Shown: in pieces, positions 59,985 through 64,000 of the stretch
How positions within the stretch are numbered: the first letter of the stretch is position 1
Layout: the number at the start of each line of letters is the position of its first letter
DNA from: an uncultured Verrucomicrobiae bacterium
GTDB lineage: Bacteria > Verrucomicrobiota > Verrucomicrobiia > Chthoniobacterales > UBA10450
Reading direction: 5' to 3'
Assembly: GCA_963801815.1 (NCBI GenBank)
Contig: CAWDGJ010000003.1
Location: 160,001 to 224,000 of the forward strand
Length of the DNA stretch: 64,000 nucleotides
Translations under genes and position numbers: made by a program
The notes under the pieces: model-generated
Databases searched by the model: none
What the model saw: the letters and a program-made list of their open reading frames with translations, nothing else
Told to the model about the DNA's origin: nothing

Positions 59985-60605
59985 TTGTTCTGCGGGCCAG
60001 ATCGAATGCTTCTAAGGGTGGCTTCGTCTGATATGGGTACGAGATTTTTATTCATAACTATTGGCTTTGCTTTTTGCTTCCTGGCGCAAACCTTCGCCGC
60101 GGAGAATTCGTTATTGGCCCGGATTACGGTCTACTGGGCGGGTGAAGGCCAGGTGCGGGCATGCTCGAACGGCGCGCGGTTACACAACGGACATTGCGCA
60201 GTCGACCCGAGACGAATCCCGTACGGAAGCCACATTTTGTTTCCGGATGCGAATTGTGTCGCGGTCGACAGTGGCCCGGCTGTGGTCAGTCGCACGGCGG
60301 CTCGCGCTTGCGCCCGAACACCGGCCCAGCGCAGCGCAATCGTCATCGATCGATTTTTCGAATCCAAAGAGGCGGCGCTTTCCTGGGAAAGGTCACATCC
60401 GTATTTCATGACCGTACGAGTTATCGCGCCGGGCTCGCGGAATGACTCGGCCGAAACCCTGGCCGGCGCAAGCAACGTCGAGGGAACAATTCGGCCTGCT
60501 GAGGGGATCAAAACGAATCCGTCGCTGCCAAAATTTGATTCAACCAAACTTCGTCTCGGTCTTCCGCTCGACTCCGTTCTTGAACCAGCTCACCGCCGAA
60601 CATGA
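59985..60605 (+). CDS. Secreted 3D-domain-like (MltA/RlpA-like) protein, paralog A
   Basis: ARITVYW...CAVDPRRIPYGS...AVDSGPAV...VIDRFF, with three Asp motifs. Real start probably near ATG 60033. Confidence 0.7.
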   Translation: MFCGPDRMLLRVASSDMGTRFLFITIGFAFCFLAQTFAAENSLLARITVYWAGEGQVRACSNGARLHNGHCAVDPRRIPYGSHILFPDANCVAVDSGPAVVSRTAARACARTPAQRSAIVIDRFFESKEAALSWERSHPYFMTVRVIAPGSRNDSAETLAGASNVEGTIRPAEGIKTNPSLPKFDSTKLRLGLPLDSVLEPAHRRT

Positions 60606-61204
60606 AAAGATCGACGTTGATTCTCCTATTCGTGGTCAGTGCGCTGCCTAATGCTTTTGCGCGCAATGTTTCTCAAAATAACTCGTTATTGGCGCGCGTA
60701 ACTGTTTACTGGGCACGCGGCGGGCGCGGTTCGGACCGATATACTCGTCAACACAAGTCCGCAACGGGATTGCGTTTGCAGCAGGGACACTGCGCGGTTG
60801 ATCCACGAAAGATTCCTTACGGCAGCAAAGTAGTCCTTCCCGACGGGACGGCGCTCAGCGCTGTGGATACCGGCTCGGCAGTGATGAATCGCAAGGCGGC
60901 GAGAAGATCTGGCCACACGCTCACTGAGCGCAACGCGATCGTAATAGACAAGTTTTTTGAGACTAAAAGTCAGGCGTTGATGTGGGCGAACTCGAATCCG
61001 CCGTTCGTAAACGTCAAAGTCGTTCCGCCGAACGCTCCGGCGGTTGCGAAACCCAACATCACCAACAGTCAGCCGGTTGCGTTGGGTCCCACGCCGCAAC
61101 CGAGCAGTGTTTCTTCAACTATGCCGGCGCCTCAGAACAGAATCGCGTCGAGCAACCCAATTGGCGCTGCGACGAAAAACCCGTTAGGTCGGCTCGGTCG
61201 CTAG
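60602..61204 (+). CDS. Secreted 3D-domain-like protein, paralog B
   Basis: Signal peptide; ARVTVYW...SATG...CAVDPRKIPYGS...AVDTGSAV...VIDKFF; overlaps paralog A (ATGA). Confidence 0.75.
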   Translation: MKRSTLILLFVVSALPNAFARNVSQNNSLLARVTVYWARGGRGSDRYTRQHKSATGLRLQQGHCAVDPRKIPYGSKVVLPDGTALSAVDTGSAVMNRKAARRSGHTLTERNAIVIDKFFETKSQALMWANSNPPFVNVKVVPPNAPAVAKPNITNSQPVALGPTPQPSSVSSTMPAPQNRIASSNPIGAATKNPLGRLGR

Positions 61205-61854
61205 CCTTTGGTGAAAACGCCGATCAATGGGCGAGGCGAGGGGATCTTTGAACGAAAATCGCTTGCGAATCCGCTCTTAGTCCGAATTTCAACGTGGCCA
61301 GCGCCCTTTTTGTTGTTGTAAACGAGGACTGAACCGACCGGAGCCTTGAAGGGGTCGCGCACTGGCAGCTTCTTGAAGCCGTAACTGCTAACCAACTCCT
61401 TACCCGCATCCTTTGCGTTCACCGTCTTCGGGTACGAACTGACCGCGCCCGAGGCGACCAATGCTTCTTTCACGTAATGCCAGCACTGCTCGCGAGAGTG
61501 GGCGTGCGCACGCTCTTCCGCGATCGTTGCCGCGCGCGTCAATTTCGGGCTAACCGATCCATCCATTTTTGCGTAGGGATGGAGCAGTTTCTTCGGCGCG
61601 TAGCTGGAAACGATGTCGGCGGAATCGGATTTGCCGTCGGCATCTCTAAAAACGAACTTCTGCTTCGCGGACGTGACCATCTGACCGTGAGCGACACTCG
61701 CAGCGAGCAGGATCGTTCCGGTTATCAGCGTAAAACGGGGGGAACGGGGCATAGCTTTCGGCATAAGAAGCGCACCATATCGAGCAGGATCGTTGCCTGC
61801 GCAACGCGTTTTCTCGGAAAAACCGCCATTTGGGCTGTCGGTACTGCTACTCAA
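61201..61854 (-). CDS. Secreted Cys/His papain-like putative peptidoglycan hydrolase, paralog B
   Basis: QCWHYVKEAL...AKDAGKEL...APVGSVLVY...AGHVEIRTKSGFASD. True start probably later (MPKAMPRS/MPRS). Confidence 0.65.
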   Translation of the reverse strand: MSSSTDSPNGGFSEKTRCAGNDPARYGALLMPKAMPRSPRFTLITGTILLAASVAHGQMVTSAKQKFVFRDADGKSDSADIVSSYAPKKLLHPYAKMDGSVSPKLTRAATIAEERAHAHSREQCWHYVKEALVASGAVSSYPKTVNAKDAGKELVSSYGFKKLPVRDPFKAPVGSVLVYNNKKGAGHVEIRTKSGFASDFRSKIPSPRPLIGVFTKG

Positions 61855-61868
61855 AAGGACTAGAAGTT

Positions 61869-62792
61869 CTAGAATGATGACACCATTTCAAGCATCCGGC
61901 TACGGGTTTTTTCGTCGGGCAGTCGCCCCATTCCGGCTTCAAGATCGTCCTCTAAGTGCTTCGGGTTGTTGGTCGCGGGGATCGCGCAGGTCACAGCCGG
62001 ATGGGCCACGATCCACTTCAAGAAAAACTGGGCCCACGATCTACAATCGAACTCCGCTGTCCATTCCGGCAGCGGTTTTGTGCGTACTCGGCTGAACAGA
62101 TCCCCGCCGCCAAATGGACGATTAATAATCACGGCGACTTGTTTATCTTGCGCGAGCGGAAGGATTCGGTCCTCCGCCTCGCGCTCCATGATTGAGTAAT
62201 TAATCTGGAGAAAGTCGACCTTCTCCCGGCGCAACACCTTCTCGACTTCAGCAAAAGCGCTCGCGTTGTAGTGCGTAATTCCGATGTAGCGAAAGCGGCC
62301 CCCCTCTTTCCAAGCCCGCATCGTGGTCAGCTGCGTCTCTACGTCGACCAGGTTGTGCACTTGCATCAAATCGATCCGCTTCGTTTGCAGGCGTGACATC
62401 GACCGTTCCATCGAGTCGATTCCGGCTTGTTTGCCGCGCGTCCAAACTTTGGTGGCCAGAAAGAGTTTGTCTCGCAACCCGAGCTTACTCGCTAGCGCAC
62501 CGACAACTTCTTCAGCCCGTCCGTACATCGGCGAGGAATCAATAACGCGGCCGCCAAGTTTCACGAAAAGCGACAGCACTTCACCGAGCTGTCGCTCGTT
62601 GGCCGGGGTAAGATCGACGTCGAAAACGTTCCAGGTGCCGAGTCCGATCACGGTGAGTTTTTCACCGGAAGACGGAATCGCGCGCGTCAGTATCGCTGAA
62701 GATTCTGCCCGCGCTAAGGCGCCCCGCAGAAGGAAGCCGGTGGTAGCGCCGCCGATCAATTTGGTCGCCCGCCGTCGCGTCATCGGGTTCAT
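61869..62792 (-). CDS. Aldo/keto reductase with Tat-like signal
   Basis: MTRRRATKL; IGLGTW, IDSSPMYG, LATKVW, IDLMQVHN, IGITHY, QINYS, IPAT. Confidence 0.9.
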   Translation of the reverse strand: MNPMTRRRATKLIGGATTGFLLRGALARAESSAILTRAIPSSGEKLTVIGLGTWNVFDVDLTPANERQLGEVLSLFVKLGGRVIDSSPMYGRAEEVVGALASKLGLRDKLFLATKVWTRGKQAGIDSMERSMSRLQTKRIDLMQVHNLVDVETQLTTMRAWKEGGRFRYIGITHYNASAFAEVEKVLRREKVDFLQINYSIMEREAEDRILPLAQDKQVAVIINRPFGGGDLFSRVRTKPLPEWTAEFDCRSWAQFFLKWIVAHPAVTCAIPATNNPKHLEDDLEAGMGRLPDEKTRSRMLEMVSSF

Positions 62793-62833
62793 TGTTGATT
62801 GAAACGATAAACCTGCGTTCGTAATCGCCAACT

Positions 62834-63958
62834 ATGAATAGGACTACGCGTCGTCATTTCATTAAAACCACAGCCGGAACCGGACTTGCCCTCAGCGCGG
62901 GATCTACGTCCTTGTTTGCGGAAAAATCCACAAAACCTTTGCGTATTCTAATTCTCGGCGGCACTGGGTTCACTGGTCCCTATCAAGTTCGTTATGCGTT
63001 AAGTCGCGGACACAAAGTCACCACCTTCAATCGCGGCAAGACCCATCCCGGTGAATTGCCGGCCGAGGTCGAGCAATTGATTGGCGATCGCAACGGCAAA
63101 CTCGACGCGTTGAAGAACCGGCAATGGGATGTAGTGATCGACAATCCGACAACCTTGCCGGCGTGGGTGCGCGACGCGGCGCAGGTGTTAAAAGGCAACA
63201 CAGAGCGGTACGTGTTCATCTCGACGATTTCAGTTTACCCAGATCCGCTGCCTGCCGCCGGCGTCGATGAAAATTCCCCATTGTCGAAATATGACGGCGC
63301 AGATCCCTACAAAGAGACTATCGAAGCGATGCGCGCGTCTGGTTTCAAAACCTATGGCCCACTTAAAGCGCTTTCCGAAAAGGAAGCCGAGAAATGGTTT
63401 CCCGGAAAAACATTGGTCATTCGTCCCGGACTAATCGTTGGCCCTCGCGATGAGACCGATCGTTTTACTTACTGGCCGGTCCGAGTTGATCGCGGCGGGG
63501 AGGTCCTCGCGCCTGGAAATCCGGACGATCCGGTCCAGTACATTGATGCGCGCGATTTGGCCGAGTGGACGATTCGCATGGTGGAAAGTCGCGAAACCGG
63601 AATTTACAATGCGACTGGGCCGGCGAAGCCAATCGGCGTTGGCGGAATGCTCGACGGCATTAAAGACGCCGAGAAGTCGAATGCGACCTTTACCTTCCTG
63701 CCCCTCGATTTTCTCAAGCAGAACAAGGTGGAAGCCTGGTCGGACATGCCGGTTTGGGCGGGGGACGAGCTTGGTCTTTCTCGAACGAAAATTGACAAGG
63801 CGCTGGCGAAAGGTTTGACCTTCCGTCCGCTCGCCGAAACTGCGCGCGACACGCTGGCGTGGTTCAAGGCGCTGCCACAAGATCGACAATCGAAAATGCG
63901 CGCGGGGATCACACCGGAACGCGAATCGGAAGTTCTCGCCGCCTGGAAGAAGAAATGA
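62834..63958 (+). CDS. NAD-dependent epimerase/dehydratase (atypical SDR) with Tat signal
   Basis: TRRHFIK twin-arginine motif; ILGGTGFTG, FNRG, ISTISVY, YGPLK, RPGLIVGP. Confidence 0.9.
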   Translation: MNRTTRRHFIKTTAGTGLALSAGSTSLFAEKSTKPLRILILGGTGFTGPYQVRYALSRGHKVTTFNRGKTHPGELPAEVEQLIGDRNGKLDALKNRQWDVVIDNPTTLPAWVRDAAQVLKGNTERYVFISTISVYPDPLPAAGVDENSPLSKYDGADPYKETIEAMRASGFKTYGPLKALSEKEAEKWFPGKTLVIRPGLIVGPRDETDRFTYWPVRVDRGGEVLAPGNPDDPVQYIDARDLAEWTIRMVESRETGIYNATGPAKPIGVGGMLDGIKDAEKSNATFTFLPLDFLKQNKVEAWSDMPVWAGDELGLSRTKIDKALAKGLTFRPLAETARDTLAWFKALPQDRQSKMRAGITPERESEVLAAWKKK

Positions 63959-64000
63959 ATCAGGGGAGCACACCCGCCTCGGGTGTAATTTCCGGCGCCC

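Noticed and set aside
1..64000. Prophage, IS elements, tRNA/rRNA, defence systems
   Set aside because: No integrase, transposase, phage structural, cas or structural-RNA signatures were recognised by eye; a tRNAscan/Infernal/HMM run would be needed to exclude divergent ones.

Overview
A 64-kb, GC-rich (visually estimated, not computed) bacterial chromosomal segment. Gene content and style suggest Verrucomicrobiota, Chthoniobacterales/'Ca. Udaeobacter'-like (inference). Housekeeping genes on the left are a YifB/ComM ATPase, a sigma-70 factor, pyk and mutS. The centre (about 13.6-42.2 kb) looks like a sigma-54 regulated envelope/export system. It has three -24/-12 promoters, each with an IHF-like site, and two share a TGTCCC-N6-GGGACA-like enhancer at the same spacing. 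It also holds an NtrC-type activator, a sensor kinase broken by three +1 frameshifts, a LolA-like plus VPS10/BNR pair, and a ~20.5-kb operon with one adaptor, two ATPases and seven tandem duplicated MacB/FtsX (ADOP-type) permeases. Three dispersed paralogs of an unrecognised ~90-100 aa 'MKP...' membrane protein family occur; two are the first conserved gene after a sigma-54 promoter. The right part has a K+/ion cluster (APC-USP transporter, antiporter, kdpFABC-porin-kdpDE with two extra upstream micropeptides), a fluoride riboswitch controlling crcB-DUF190-antiporter, a four-gene cell-wall hydrolase-like module and two Tat-signal oxidoreductases. A REP doublet is inserted in frame inside mutS, and there is a membrane pseudokinase. 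No rRNA, tRNA, CRISPR array or transposase was recognised.
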